Below, piece by piece: positions 20,755-30,960 of a stretch of DNA of 64,000 nt. Source of the DNA: an uncultured Actinomycetes bacterium (GTDB lineage: Bacteria > Actinomycetota > UBA4738 > HRBIN12); contig CAVPIB010000004.1 of assembly GCA_963704885.1 (NCBI GenBank), forward strand, positions 352,001 to 416,000, in the 5' to 3' direction. The position numbers were made by a program, and so were the translations under genes. Under the pieces are notes generated by a model. That model was given only the letters and a program-made list of their open reading frames with translations, was not told where the DNA came from and did no database searches. Within the stretch, counting starts at the first letter, position 1, and every line of letters starts with the position of its first letter.

Positions 20755-22748
20755 TCCGCCCCCCCAGCCACCGGCACCGGCACCGGCACCGGCACCGGGT
20801 CCGCATCTCCGGCCACGCCGCTCTGTAGGCCGAACCCTCGCATGGACACCAACCGCCGACTCCGCGCGATCAGGAAGACCGTGGGCCGCTTGAAGAAGTA
20901 GACGACGAAGAGGTCTAGGAGTGTGGCGACACCCAGGGTCAGGGCGAACCCTCGGACCGAGCTGACGGCAGTGAGGTACAGGACCACGGCCGCGATCCCG
21001 GTCACCGTGTCGGCCGCAACGATCGTCCGGTACGCGCGCTTGAACGCCGGCTGTACGGCCGACCTAGCGCTCTTACCGTTGCGGACCTCGTCCTTCAGTC
21101 GTTCGAAGAACACGATGTAGGAGTCGGCCGTGACACCCAGAGAGATCACTAACCCGGCGATCCCTGCGAGCGTCAGCGAATACCCGAAGGCGATCCCTGC
21201 GAGCGATACGAGCGCGAGCGCCAGGATGGCCCAGATAGTCATGCCGACCCAAGCGACCACACCGAGCAGCCGGTAGTAGAAGAGGAGATAGAGGAAGAGG
21301 AGGATGAGACCCACGAGCCCCGCGACGATCCCTTGTCGCAGCGACTCCTGCCCGAGCGTAGCGCTCACCGTGAGCGTCTGCAGCTTCGTGAGCTGCACGG
21401 GCAGCGCTCCGGCGTTCAGCACGGTAGCCAGGTCTTCGGCCCCCTGCTTGTCGAAGCTCCCAGAGATCTCTCCCGAGCCGTCGATCTGACTTTGCACCGT
21501 GGGTGCAGAGATCACCTCATTGTCCAACACGATCGCGAGCTGCCTGCCGACCAACCGCCCGGTCACCTCCGAGAAGATCGCCGACCCGTCCTTGGTGAGA
21601 TCGAAGCTCACCACCCATCCCGACGAGAGGTTCGTGGAGGTGGCTGTGGTGAGCACCGCCGTCGCCCTCTTGATGGCCGTTCCGGTGATCTGCACGGGAC
21701 CCAGGTTGTACTTGCTGCCGTCCTGGCCGATCAACCAGACGTCCTGGTCCTTGAGCGCGTTCTCGTCGGCCGGGCAATCTGGGGTCACGCTCTGCGGGTC
21801 GGCGTCGCACGTGAGGGCCTGGCCCGCGAACGAGGGGTCTCCAGGGAACAGCGTCGTGAGCACCTCTCGCTGCTCCAAGCGGGCGGTGGTACCGATCAGG
21901 TCCAGCAGGCGCGACTGCCCGGTGTTCTGGAGTCGAAGCTGCGCCTCCTCCTGGGTGAGGGAACACCCCAGGTTCACGTCGGCGGAGCTGATCACGCAGT
22001 ACTCGGTGTCGAACGACTGCACGCTGATCGCATCCAGTACATCCTGCGCGGCCGCCTTGTCTGGGAATCCACATGGGAGGTTCACGGCGCCGTTGCCTGA
22101 GAGGCAGACGTCCTTGGTGGTCGTGGTGCTAACGCTGTCCTTGGCCGCCTTCGCGGCATCCTGCGTATCGAAACAGCCGTAGCTGACCCTGGTGGGGTCC
22201 TCCACACACCACTGACCGGTTGCCCCCGGGGTGGTGTCCCGCTTCACTTTCAAGGCATCGATCGTCGCTTCGGCCTCCTTGTCTGAGCCGAAGCAGACGG
22301 TTCCCACCGTGAGGTCGTCGCTCGATAGGCACACGCTGGTGCTCTCGCTCACCGAGATCCCCGCTAGGGCGCCCTTGGCGCCCGCCTCCTCCGCGACGCA
22401 GCCGTAGTTGGCGTCTTGCGGATCTACCAGGCAGTACTGCGTCTTGGCGCGCTCCTGGATCGACCCTTTCGCCAGTCCCGGGAGCTGGACCTCTATGTTC
22501 TGACCCGACACGAAGATCTGCGGTTCGCCGACGCCGAACGCGTCTACGCGGTTGCGGATGTTCTCCAAGGCCTGCTGCATGACGGAGTCGGGCGTGCTCG
22601 CGGGAGCCTGGAGGATCACCGAAACACCGCCTTCTAGGTCCAGGCCGAGAAGCGGCTTCAGCGCTCCCGTCGCGAACCCTACGAGGGATGCCAAGACCAG
22701 GACCAGCACGAAGACGATCGAGGCCCACAGCCCCTTCGTGCCCCTCAC
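20751..22748 (-). CDS. secD: Protein translocase subunit SecD with a large Cys-rich periplasmic insertion
   Basis: LGLDLEGG, RNRVDAFGVGEP, EVQLPG, LAIVLD, LNAGALP, LTLAGIAG, DSYIVFFER, VRGFALTL. Confidence 0.95.
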   Translation of the reverse strand: MRGTKGLWASIVFVLVLVLASLVGFATGALKPLLGLDLEGGVSVILQAPASTPDSVMQQALENIRNRVDAFGVGEPQIFVSGQNIEVQLPGLAKGSIQERAKTQYCLVDPQDANYGCVAEEAGAKGALAGISVSESTSVCLSSDDLTVGTVCFGSDKEAEATIDALKVKRDTTPGATGQWCVEDPTRVSYGCFDTQDAAKAAKDSVSTTTTKDVCLSGNGAVNLPCGFPDKAAAQDVLDAISVQSFDTEYCVISSADVNLGCSLTQEEAQLRLQNTGQSRLLDLIGTTARLEQREVLTTLFPGDPSFAGQALTCDADPQSVTPDCPADENALKDQDVWLIGQDGSKYNLGPVQITGTAIKRATAVLTTATSTNLSSGWVVSFDLTKDGSAIFSEVTGRLVGRQLAIVLDNEVISAPTVQSQIDGSGEISGSFDKQGAEDLATVLNAGALPVQLTKLQTLTVSATLGQESLRQGIVAGLVGLILLFLYLLFYYRLLGVVAWVGMTIWAILALALVSLAGIAFGYSLTLAGIAGLVISLGVTADSYIVFFERLKDEVRNGKSARSAVQPAFKRAYRTIVAADTVTGIAAVVLYLTAVSSVRGFALTLGVATLLDLFVVYFFKRPTVFLIARSRRLVSMRGFGLQSGVAGDADPVPVPVPVPVAGGAE
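20769..20798. repeat. (CACCGG)5 hexanucleotide tandem repeat encoding (PV)5 at the SecD C-terminus
   Basis: Five perfect copies of CACCGG. Confidence 0.85.
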
Positions 22749-23443
22749 GCCAGCTCAGCGCCGTTCACGGTCAATCGGAAGCGCGCGTCCAGCTGCTCGG
22801 CAGCGTGGCGGCACATCTGCATCCTGCCCAGGAAGATCTCGAAGTATTCCATGACTTGACTGAGCCCGGTGTCGATCGTCAGCTCGAGCGTGACGGTTCG
22901 GGCGTCTGAGTCTACCCGCAGGAACGACTGTTCGACGGCGGAGTTGACCCGGTCGTGGATATCCACAGCTGCTTGTCCGGATCGCCTCACCCGACTGCGA
23001 TGCACATCGGACTTGTCGGCCAAGATGACTGCGGCCGAGATCGGGGAGACGGCGTACCCCTGGTCCTCTTCATGGTTCGCGATGGCCGCCATGATGGCCG
23101 CCAGGTCGCCACCCGCGGCCCGATCCTTGAGCGCTTGGTAGACGAGTATCGCGCCCGTCTGGGCGTGCGACCCCCGCGTGAGCATGTTCCCAACGTCGTG
23201 AAGGTAGCCCGCGACGCACGCCAGGTCCGCCTCGCGTTGATCGAAGCCGAGCCTGTGTAGGACTTGGTAGGAGATGCTCGCCACCAGGTTGGCGTGGCGG
23301 AAGCCGTGCTCGGTGTAGCCCATCCCCTCCATCACGCGATCCGCCGATGCGATGAAGAGCGAGAGTTCTGGATCGGCTTGGACGTCCTCGAGCGTGACGG
23401 AGGCGGCTGCGCCGGTGCCTCCGGGCTCGCCCGGTTCGCTCAC
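22745..23443 (-). CDS. HD-domain phosphohydrolase
   Basis: GYTEHGFRH, YLHDVGN, IANHEE, ILADKSDVHRSRV, DIHDRVN. Confidence 0.88.
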   Translation of the reverse strand: MSEPGEPGGTGAAASVTLEDVQADPELSLFIASADRVMEGMGYTEHGFRHANLVASISYQVLHRLGFDQREADLACVAGYLHDVGNMLTRGSHAQTGAILVYQALKDRAAGGDLAAIMAAIANHEEDQGYAVSPISAAVILADKSDVHRSRVRRSGQAAVDIHDRVNSAVEQSFLRVDSDARTVTLELTIDTGLSQVMEYFEIFLGRMQMCRHAAEQLDARFRLTVNGAELA

Positions 23444-23790
23444 GAGGACGGCTGGTCCTCATCTTCGGACTCGTCCTCGTAATCGTCGTCCTCGGTGAGT
23501 CGCCGGGCGATACCCGACCTCACCATACGGATCCGGGTGCCAGCGGCGATCTCGAGCTCGAGGGTGCCCTCTTCCTCATCGATCTCGCTGATGACGCCGA
23601 ACATCCCGCTGGTGGTCATAACCTCGTCGCCGACCTGGATCGAGTTGACCAGCGCCTGCTGGGCACGCGCGCGCTTCTGCTGAGGACGGATGAGGAGGAA
23701 GTAGAACACCCCGCCCATCAGGATGAGGGGAGCGAATAGGGTGATCGGGTTGCTGCCCTGGCTAGAGGACTGCGCGATCCAAGCCAACAT
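23440..23790 (-). CDS. yajC: Preprotein translocase subunit YajC
   Basis: FYFLLIRPQQKR, GDEVMTTSGMFG. Start at ATG 23790. Confidence 0.93.
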   Translation of the reverse strand: MLAWIAQSSSQGSNPITLFAPLILMGGVFYFLLIRPQQKRARAQQALVNSIQVGDEVMTTSGMFGVISEIDEEEGTLELEIAAGTRIRMVRSGIARRLTEDDDYEDESEDEDQPSS

Positions 23791-23866
23791 GTGAAAGCCT
23801 TCCGTGTCCGGGGAACCGAGGACGGAGTCTAACCGCCCGGTCGGGTGAACGACGCTCCTGAGCGCC

Positions 23867-24880
23867 TCAGAGCGGCAGCGTGCCGGGCGCGCTGATACCC
23901 AGGTGGCGGAACGCACGCTCGGTGGCAACGCGGCCCCGAGGCGTGCGCTTGAGGAACCCCAGCTGCATCAGGTAGGGCTCCACGACGTCCTCTATGGTGT
24001 CGGGCTCCTCACCGAGCGCCGACGCCAATGTGGACAGGCCAACAGGACCACCCCCGAACTTCTCGACCACCACGCGAAGGACCCCGTGATCCAGGCGGTC
24101 AAGACCCTCCTCGTCCACCTCGAAGAGCGCGAGGCCGGCTCGCGAGACGTCGCCGGTGATCGCACCGTCGTGGCGAACCTGGGCGAAGTCCCGCACGCGA
24201 CGCAAGAGTCGGTTCGCGATGCGGGGCGTCCCACGCGAACGGGTGGCGATCTCGTCCGCGCCCTCCTCATCGATCCGCAGCTCCAAGATCCCGGCGGAGC
24301 GTCTGACGATCCGCCCCAGGTCATCCACCGGGTAGTAGTCCAAACGCGGGGAGAAGCCGAACCGCTCTCGCAGAGGCAGCGTGATACGACCGGGACGAGT
24401 GGTGGCGCCGATCAGGGTGAAGCGGGGTAACTCGAGTCGGATGCTCCGCGCGGTAGGGCCCTTACCTAAGACGACGTCCAGGTTGAAGTCCTCCAGCGCC
24501 GGGTACAGGACCTCCTCCACGGTCCGCGGCATCCGATGGATCTCGTCCACGAACAAGACGTCGCCGGTCTCGAGGTTGGTGAGGATGGCTGCGAGATCGC
24601 TCGGTCGATCGAGAGCGGGGCCAGACGTCGGCTGGAAGCCCGCGCCCATCTCGTTCGCGACGATCTGGCCGAGCGTGGTCTTGCCCAACCCCGGCGGGCC
24701 GCTGAAGAGCAGATGGTCCACCGGCTCACCGCGCTGGCGCGCCCCGTCGATCAGTAGTAGTAGTTGCTCCTTCACCCGCTCCTGCCCCACGAACTCCGCC
24801 AGGGTTCGTGGGCGCAATGCCATCTCGGATTCGGGATCCTCGGGCAGCTCGGCGACCTCGATCAGCCGTTCCTCGTCCAT
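23867..24880 (-). CDS. ruvB: Holliday junction branch-migration helicase RuvB
   Basis: [57 protein letters not shown]. Confidence 0.97.
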   Translation of the reverse strand: MDEERLIEVAELPEDPESEMALRPRTLAEFVGQERVKEQLLLLIDGARQRGEPVDHLLFSGPPGLGKTTLGQIVANEMGAGFQPTSGPALDRPSDLAAILTNLETGDVLFVDEIHRMPRTVEEVLYPALEDFNLDVVLGKGPTARSIRLELPRFTLIGATTRPGRITLPLRERFGFSPRLDYYPVDDLGRIVRRSAGILELRIDEEGADEIATRSRGTPRIANRLLRRVRDFAQVRHDGAITGDVSRAGLALFEVDEEGLDRLDHGVLRVVVEKFGGGPVGLSTLASALGEEPDTIEDVVEPYLMQLGFLKRTPRGRVATERAFRHLGISAPGTLPL

Positions 24881-25447
24881 CTACCGGCCCACCCGCTGCA
24901 GTGCTTCCTTCAGGAGCTCGTCCACCGCTCGGTCGTCGACCTCTAGATCCGCCATCGCGCCACTCGCCTCCTGGGGCGTGAGGCCGAGCGCCAGCAAAGC
25001 CTCGCGGACGTCCGCGAGCGGGCCGCCGACCACCAGGTCGCCTTCACCACCCATCCGGTCGCGGAGATCCAGGACCACGCGTTGCGCGACCTTCTTCCCG
25101 ACGCCCGGGACGACCGTCAACGCCCCGACGTCGCCAACCACCACCGAGCGTCGCAGTGCCTCCGGTGAGAGCGACGACAGGAACGCGAGCGCGACCTTGG
25201 GCCCAACCCCCGTCACGCCGGTCAACAGGTCGAAGAGCTCACGCTCGTCGGGCGACCCGAAACCGTAGAGGAGCATCGCGTCGTCCCGCACGATCATCCT
25301 CGTGTGGATCCGGGCGCGACGACCGACGGGTGGCAGCGAGGCGAGGGTCGACGTGGGGACGAGAACGTCGTAGCCGATGCCCCCCACGTCCACGACAACT
25401 CGGGCGCCCGCCTTCTCGACGACCTCGCCCTCCAGGAACGAGATCAT
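24881..25447 (-). CDS. ruvA: Holliday junction DNA-binding protein RuvA
   Basis: MISFLEG, VGGIGY, LYGF, GVGPKVA, VPGVGKKVAQR. Start at ATG 25447. Confidence 0.95.
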   Translation of the reverse strand: MISFLEGEVVEKAGARVVVDVGGIGYDVLVPTSTLASLPPVGRRARIHTRMIVRDDAMLLYGFGSPDERELFDLLTGVTGVGPKVALAFLSSLSPEALRRSVVVGDVGALTVVPGVGKKVAQRVVLDLRDRMGGEGDLVVGGPLADVREALLALGLTPQEASGAMADLEVDDRAVDELLKEALQRVGR

Positions 25448-25956
25448 CGGGCCTCCGCGCGAGCCGCAGCCTCCGTGAACCGAGAACGGACCAGGTGCGT
25501 CACGGCGATCGCCACGGCATCGACGGCATCGGACTGGGCCGGGACATCCGACAGGCCGTGCACACGTATGAGCGCCGTTCGGATCTGAGCCTTGTCGGCG
25601 GTTCCAGCGCCGGTGATCGCGTTCTTCACCTCGAGGGAACCGTACTCCTCGACCGGGACGCCGGCCTCGGCGGCCGCTACCATGACCACACCCGTCGCAC
25701 GGGCCACGGCCATGGCGCTCGCCTTGTTCACGTTCCACGCCACCCGCTCCAGCGCGACCGACACCGGGTGGTGATCGGAGATGACCGAGCGCACGCTCTT
25801 CGATATCGCCTGCAGCCGGATGGCTTCCGGGTCCCGGCGAGAGGTCTCGACCGTCCCGCTCCACACGATCACGGGCCTGCGATCCCGACGCGCGACGACG
25901 GCCAAGCCCATCCGGGTCATCCCGGGGTCCACGCCGAGGACGCACGTATCGAACAT
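25444..25956 (-). CDS. ruvC: Crossover junction endodeoxyribonuclease RuvC
   Basis: VLGVDPG, EVKNAITGAGTADKAQI, DAVDAVAIAVTH. Confidence 0.95.
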   Translation of the reverse strand: MFDTCVLGVDPGMTRMGLAVVARRDRRPVIVWSGTVETSRRDPEAIRLQAISKSVRSVISDHHPVSVALERVAWNVNKASAMAVARATGVVMVAAAEAGVPVEEYGSLEVKNAITGAGTADKAQIRTALIRVHGLSDVPAQSDAVDAVAIAVTHLVRSRFTEAAARAEAR

Positions 25957-25964
25957 CTGTTCGT
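25949..25964. promoter_or_regulatory. LexA (SOS) box overlapping the ruvC start codon
   Basis: TCGAAC-ATCT-GTTCGT versus the actinobacterial consensus TCGAAC-N4-GTTCGA. Minus-strand TTGCCC-N18-TAGACT lies just upstream. Confidence 0.85.
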
Positions 25965-26007
25965 GCAGTCTAGGGTCGGGCCCCAGGCGGGGCAATCACC
26001 CGCCACG

Positions 26008-26757
26008 CTAGAGAGATGCCATCAGCTCTTCGGATATGTCGAAGTTGGCGTAGACGGCCTGCACGTCGTCCAATTCCTCCAGCGACTCGATCAGGTTCAG
26101 GACCTGCCGGGCCTCTCCTCCGTCGACGGGCACCGTAGCTTGGGGGAGCATGGTGATCTCCGCGGAGTAGACGAGCACCCCAGCTTCCTCGAGCGCATCG
26201 CTGACGGTCATGAGGGCCGTGGGATCGCTCACTATGTCCCACGAGCTCTCCGAATCGCCGAGATCCTCGGCGCCGGAACCGAGGACGAGCTCAAGCAGGC
26301 GATCCTCGTCCGGAGCCCCGCTCTTCTCGACAACGATCAGGCCCTTACGCGTGAACATCCATGCGGTGCTGCCCTGGTCTCCCAGGTTCCCGTTGTGCCG
26401 AGTGAAAGCGTGGCGGATCTCCTGGCCGGTCCGGTTCCGGTTGTCGGTGAGGGCCTCGATCAGCAGCGCGACGCCTCCGGGAGCGTAGCCCTCGTACTGC
26501 AGCTCTTCGTACCGGGCGCCGTCATCGAGCTCACCGGTCCCCCGCTTGATCGCACGATCTATGTTGTCGCTCGGAACGGAGAAGCTCTTCGCTTTGTCCA
26601 CTGCGGACGCGAGCGTCATGTTGCCGTCGATGTTGCCACCCCCTTCGCGGGCCGCGACCTCGACAGCGCGCAGGAGCTTCGCGTACATGTTGGACCGCTT
26701 CGAATCGGTCGCTTCCTTCTTCCGCTTGATGGTGGCCCACTTGGAGTGTCCTGACAT
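26008..26757 (-). CDS. yebC: YebC/PmpR family protein
   Basis: MSGHSKWATIKRKK, YEGYAPGG, LTDNRNRT, LEELDDVQAVYANF. Confidence 0.96.
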   Translation of the reverse strand: MSGHSKWATIKRKKEATDSKRSNMYAKLLRAVEVAAREGGGNIDGNMTLASAVDKAKSFSVPSDNIDRAIKRGTGELDDGARYEELQYEGYAPGGVALLIEALTDNRNRTGQEIRHAFTRHNGNLGDQGSTAWMFTRKGLIVVEKSGAPDEDRLLELVLGSGAEDLGDSESSWDIVSDPTALMTVSDALEEAGVLVYSAEITMLPQATVPVDGGEARQVLNLIESLEELDDVQAVYANFDISEELMASL

Positions 26758-26761
26758 CGCT

Positions 26762-27319
26762 CTACACCTTCTTCAGCAGGTACTCGTGGAGAGCCGTCTC
26801 GCCGACCAACTCAGGGTGGAAGGATGCCACGAGCAGGTTGTCCTGCTCCAGGACGACCGGATGACCCTCGTGCTCCGCCAGCACCGTCACGGTGGGGCCC
26901 ACGTCCTCCACCCATGGTGCGCGGATGAAGACCCCGCGAACCGCGTGGTCGATCCCGATCACGTCGAGGTCGGTCTCGAACGACTCAACCTGTCGACCGT
27001 ACGCGTTGCGCCGCACCGTGATGTCGAAAAGGCCGAAGAGCGGCTCTCCGCCCTGAACCCGTTCCGCCAACACGATCATGCCCGCGCACGTGCCCAGGAT
27101 CGGCATCCCTGCGGCCGAGCGGACCTGTACCGGCTCGACCAGCCCGCCCAGACGCGCGAGCTTCGCGATCGTCGTGGACTCGCCGCCCGGGATCACGAGA
27201 CAGTCCACTCCCGCCAACCCTTCGGGGGTTCTGACCTCCACGGGCGTTGCGCCCACGTCGGCCAGCGCTCGGGCGTGTTCGCGGAAATCTCCTTGGAGCG
27301 CGAGGACGCCGGCCTTCAC
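26762..27319 (-). CDS. pdxT: PLP synthase glutaminase subunit PdxT
   Basis: GVLALQGDFREH, PGGESTT, GTCAGMI, RNAYGRQVESFE, FIRAP, SFHPEL. Confidence 0.96.
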   Translation of the reverse strand: MKAGVLALQGDFREHARALADVGATPVEVRTPEGLAGVDCLVIPGGESTTIAKLARLGGLVEPVQVRSAAGMPILGTCAGMIVLAERVQGGEPLFGLFDITVRRNAYGRQVESFETDLDVIGIDHAVRGVFIRAPWVEDVGPTVTVLAEHEGHPVVLEQDNLLVASFHPELVGETALHEYLLKKV

Positions 27320-27332
27320 TCAGACCTCGCCG

Positions 27333-28220
27333 CTACCAGCCGCGGGTCTGGAGCAGACCCTCCTCGCCGATCTCCTTCATATCTAGACCTGGCATGGGCT
27401 CCCCGAGGCCGCGCGAGACCTTGGCCAAGACGTCGGGATCGTTGAAATGCGTGGTCGCCTCCACGATCGCACGGGCACGCGGCGCCGGATCCTCGGACTT
27501 GAAGATCCCGGAGCCCACGAACACGCCGTCGACACCGAGCTGCATCATGAGGGCCGCGTCCGCCGGCGTCGCCAGGCCGCCGGCGGCGAAGTTGACCAAC
27601 GGGAGCTTGCCGCTAGCGGCGACCTCCCTGACGAGCTCGACGGGCGCTCCCAGGTCCTTCGCCGCGCCGACGTGCTGCTCCGGCCGGAGCGTGGACAGCC
27701 AGGCCATCTCTCGGAGCATGGTCCTTTGGTGCCGGACGGCCTCGACCACGTTGCCGGTGCCGGCCTCGCCCTTGGTACGGATCATGGCCGCTCCCTCCGC
27801 GATCCGGCGAAGTGCCTCGCCGAGGTTCCGCGCGCCGCAGACGAACGGCACGGTGAAAGCCCACTTGTCGATGTGGTGCTCTTCGTCCGCGGGAGTCAGC
27901 ACCTCTGACTCGTCGACGTAATCGACGCCGAGCGACTGCAAGATCTGCGCTTCGACGAAATGGCCGATGCGAGCCTTCGCCATCACGGGGATGGTCACCG
28001 CCTGCTGGATCTCCTCGATCTTGGTGGCGTCGGCCATGCGGGCAACGCCACCGTCCCTGCGGATGTCGGCTGGGACCCGCTCGAGAGCCATCACGGCGCA
28101 CGCGCCGGCGTCCTCGGCGATCTTGGCCTGCTCGGCGGTGGTGACGTCCATGATGACGCCGCCCTTCAGCATCTCCGCCAGGCCCGCCTTCACCCGGAAC
28201 GTTCCGGTCTCGCGCTCCAC
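27333..28220 (-). CDS. pdxS: PLP synthase lyase subunit PdxS
   Basis: [52 protein letters not shown]. Confidence 0.97.
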   Translation of the reverse strand: MERETGTFRVKAGLAEMLKGGVIMDVTTAEQAKIAEDAGACAVMALERVPADIRRDGGVARMADATKIEEIQQAVTIPVMAKARIGHFVEAQILQSLGVDYVDESEVLTPADEEHHIDKWAFTVPFVCGARNLGEALRRIAEGAAMIRTKGEAGTGNVVEAVRHQRTMLREMAWLSTLRPEQHVGAAKDLGAPVELVREVAASGKLPLVNFAAGGLATPADAALMMQLGVDGVFVGSGIFKSEDPAPRARAIVEATTHFNDPDVLAKVSRGLGEPMPGLDMKEIGEEGLLQTRGW

Positions 28221-28297
28221 GATGGATCCCTCCTCACGACTCGTGTACCGAGTCTACCGCCGCCCCCTCGGGGCGAACCCGGCCACATCGGGCGGCG

Positions 28298-29365
28298 TCA
28301 CCGGTGCGTGAAGGTCACGGTCTCCGTCGTAGGGATCAGCTCTATCCACGTGTTCCCGGGCCTGAGCGGGATGACCTCGCCAGACCTGGTGAGGAACCTG
28401 GTGACCGCGCCCATGACGGGACGGCTCCACCTCCCCTTGATCAGCACGCCGTCGCGCAGGATCCAGGCCTTGCCCGAACCGGTGAGGGTGACCTCGGGCG
28501 AGTGATAGCCCAGTACGTCCACCAGGTTGCCCTCGAAGACCTCGACCTGCTGGATCACCACGTTGGTCGCGGTGATCGGCTGACCTGAGTCCAGCGTCAT
28601 GGGTGCGTCCTCGTACTGCCGCTGCCAACGCGCGGCGTCCGGCATCCATCGCCAGGTTGCCGTGATGGACGACGAGAAAGCGGCGGTCACGCTCACCACT
28701 CGCTTGCCGGGAACGGTCGCCTCAGCGTCGAACGTGAATACACGACGTGGCGGCCCCTCGTCGGCGATCGCCTTGGCTGCCCTGGCACGGAGCTTCGTCG
28801 TGTTGACGAACAGGTCATGCGGTGAGAACCGCTCCGGATCGCGCCAGAACGCGGCGCCGCCGCTCGACTCATCCAGGTTCACCAGACCGGAGCGCTCGAC
28901 CGCGTTCACGACCGCCGACTGTCCGCCGGAGTAGGCGATCACGGAGCTGTCGGAGAACTGGACCAGGATCATCGGATCGGTGGTCCGTGCGCTCCGGACC
29001 GGCCCCACCCTGGCCGCGTCTTCGCACTGATACAGGGCCATGAACCGCGTGATGCCACCTTCCACGATCTCTTCGTAGACCACGTCCGCGGCCTGCAAGC
29101 CGGCGAGCGGGTAAGCATCGGGCGTGTTCTCGACCTTCACTGCGACGACCGGCGTGTGCGGCACCTCATCGCCGGGGGCAGGCAGGCCGGTGAGCGGGCA
29201 TGTCGGCGGCGGCTTCGTGTGCTCTTGCCCGGTGAACGCGTCCACCGCTCTTTGGATGGGAGCAGGGGCGTTGCCCGTGAGCGCCAGGGCGATCCCGCCT
29301 ACGCCGACGAGCGCCAGCGCTCCAGCGATCGAGGCGATGGCCTTACCGCGTCGCGTGAGCGCCAA
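28298..29365 (-). CDS. DUF3048 (YerB-like) membrane-anchored protein
   Basis: TM anchor, CPLTG, VKVENT, GLQAADVVYEEIVEGGITR, GPVRSAR, GNTWIEL. Confidence 0.85.
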   Translation of the reverse strand: MALTRRGKAIASIAGALALVGVGGIALALTGNAPAPIQRAVDAFTGQEHTKPPPTCPLTGLPAPGDEVPHTPVVAVKVENTPDAYPLAGLQAADVVYEEIVEGGITRFMALYQCEDAARVGPVRSARTTDPMILVQFSDSSVIAYSGGQSAVVNAVERSGLVNLDESSGGAAFWRDPERFSPHDLFVNTTKLRARAAKAIADEGPPRRVFTFDAEATVPGKRVVSVTAAFSSSITATWRWMPDAARWQRQYEDAPMTLDSGQPITATNVVIQQVEVFEGNLVDVLGYHSPEVTLTGSGKAWILRDGVLIKGRWSRPVMGAVTRFLTRSGEVIPLRPGNTWIELIPTTETVTFTHR

Positions 29366-29490
29366 GGTTGCGGACCTCCTGGGTGTCGTTCGACCGGACG
29401 GTGGGAGTGGATCCCGCTGGGGGAACCCGTCGGCATGCTAACGGCGCGCGGGACCCGTCTCAAACACCTGGAGTCATCTCGACCGGATCG

Positions 29491-30396
29491 TCACATCTCT
29501 TCGAGGCGCCGGATCCGCTCGGCCATCGGTGGATGGGTTGAGAACAATCGCTCCACCCGGCCGTTCTTCTCCCCGGGGAGCCGCGACGGTTGTTGCAGCC
29601 ACATGTGAGCCGTGGCGTTGTTCGCCGAGCGCATGGCGTCCGGCGCCGCCTGGATCTTCTTGAGCGCACTGATGAGCCCGGGCGGGTATCTGGTCAGCAA
29701 CGCACCCTGTGCATCGGCGAGGTACTCACGGTTCCGCGAGACCGCGAGGTGTATCAGCTGGCCGAAGATAGGCGCCAGGATCACCAACGCGAACCCGACC
29801 GCGAACACGATCAGCTGCGGGCCACCCCCGCCCCGGTCACCGCCGCGCCGGCCGCCCATCCCGCCCCACAACCAGCTGCGCATGAAGAATTCGGAGATCA
29901 GCACGATGGCGCCGATCACGGTGGCGACGATGGTGCCGTACAAGATGTCTCGATCCACGACATGTGCCATCTCGTGTCCGATCACACCTTCAAGCTCGAC
30001 ACGATCCATCGCGTCGAGCAGCCCCTGCGTAACTGCGATCGATGAATGCTCGGGATCGCGCCCGGTCGCGAAGGCGTTCGGCGCCTGCTCAGGCACCACG
30101 TAGACGCGGGGCTTCGGGACGCCGGCGGCGATCGCGAGTCCCTCCACGATGTTGTGGAGCCGCGGCTCCTGCTCGGGGGTCACTGCTCTGGCCCGGGCCG
30201 AGGCCAGCACGACCTTGTCGCCGGAGAAGTAGGAGAAGAGCTGCATCACGACCGCGAGCCCCGCTGCGATCGCGAACCCTACCCATCCGGCGCCGTAGAC
30301 CAGACCGATCGCGTAGCCGATGGCGCCCAGGAGCGCGAACGCCACGAACAGGAGCAGGAAGGTCTTGCGCTTGTTGGAGGCGATCTGTTCGTACAC
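29491..30396 (-). CDS. htpX: Zinc metalloprotease HtpX (M48)
   Basis: PNAFATGRDP, ELEGVIGHEMAH, SRNREYLAD, FSTHPP. Confidence 0.94.
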   Translation of the reverse strand: MYEQIASNKRKTFLLLFVAFALLGAIGYAIGLVYGAGWVGFAIAAGLAVVMQLFSYFSGDKVVLASARARAVTPEQEPRLHNIVEGLAIAAGVPKPRVYVVPEQAPNAFATGRDPEHSSIAVTQGLLDAMDRVELEGVIGHEMAHVVDRDILYGTIVATVIGAIVLISEFFMRSWLWGGMGGRRGGDRGGGGPQLIVFAVGFALVILAPIFGQLIHLAVSRNREYLADAQGALLTRYPPGLISALKKIQAAPDAMRSANNATAHMWLQQPSRLPGEKNGRVERLFSTHPPMAERIRRLEEM

Positions 30397-30401
30397 GGCG
30401 G

Positions 30402-30954
30402 CTAGAGGTCAACCTGCACTGGACTTCGGACCGGGTCCTCGATGTCGAAGAACGTCCGCGGCTCGAAGTGGCCCCACCCCGCGATCACGCTCGCGGGGAA
30501 CTGCTGGATCAAGGTGTTGAGGCGCATCACCTGGTCGTTGTAGAACTGGCGGGCATACGCGATCTTCGACTCCGTGCCGGTCAGCTCCTCCTGCAGCGCC
30601 AGGAAGTTCTCGTTCGCCTTGAGCTCGGGGTACCGTTCGGCGACTGCGATCAGCCTGCCCAGCCCTGCGGTGATCGCGTTCTCGGCCTGCGGCCTGATCG
30701 TCGACGGCGGTTGCACCTATCGCGCGGGACCTGGCCTCAGCTACGTTCTCGAAGACCTCCCGTTCGTGCTCGGCGTACCCCTGCACGGTCTCGACCAGGT
30801 TGGGGATCAGGTCGTACCGACGGCGGAGCTGCACGTCGATCTGCGACCAGCCGTTGTCCACGCGGGTGCGGAGCGACACCAGCCGGTTGTAGGTCAACAC
30901 GCCCCAGAGCACCGCGACGGCGACCACCCCTATCAGGATCCACACGCCCAACAT
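30402..30954 (-). pseudogene. lemA: LemA family protein, split by a +1 frameshift near 30690
   Basis: The 5' frame has [27 protein letters not shown]. The 3' frame has [33 protein letters not shown]. The span is 553 nt (552+1). Pseudogene or sequencing error. Confidence 0.85.
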
Positions 30955-30960
30955 CGCGAC

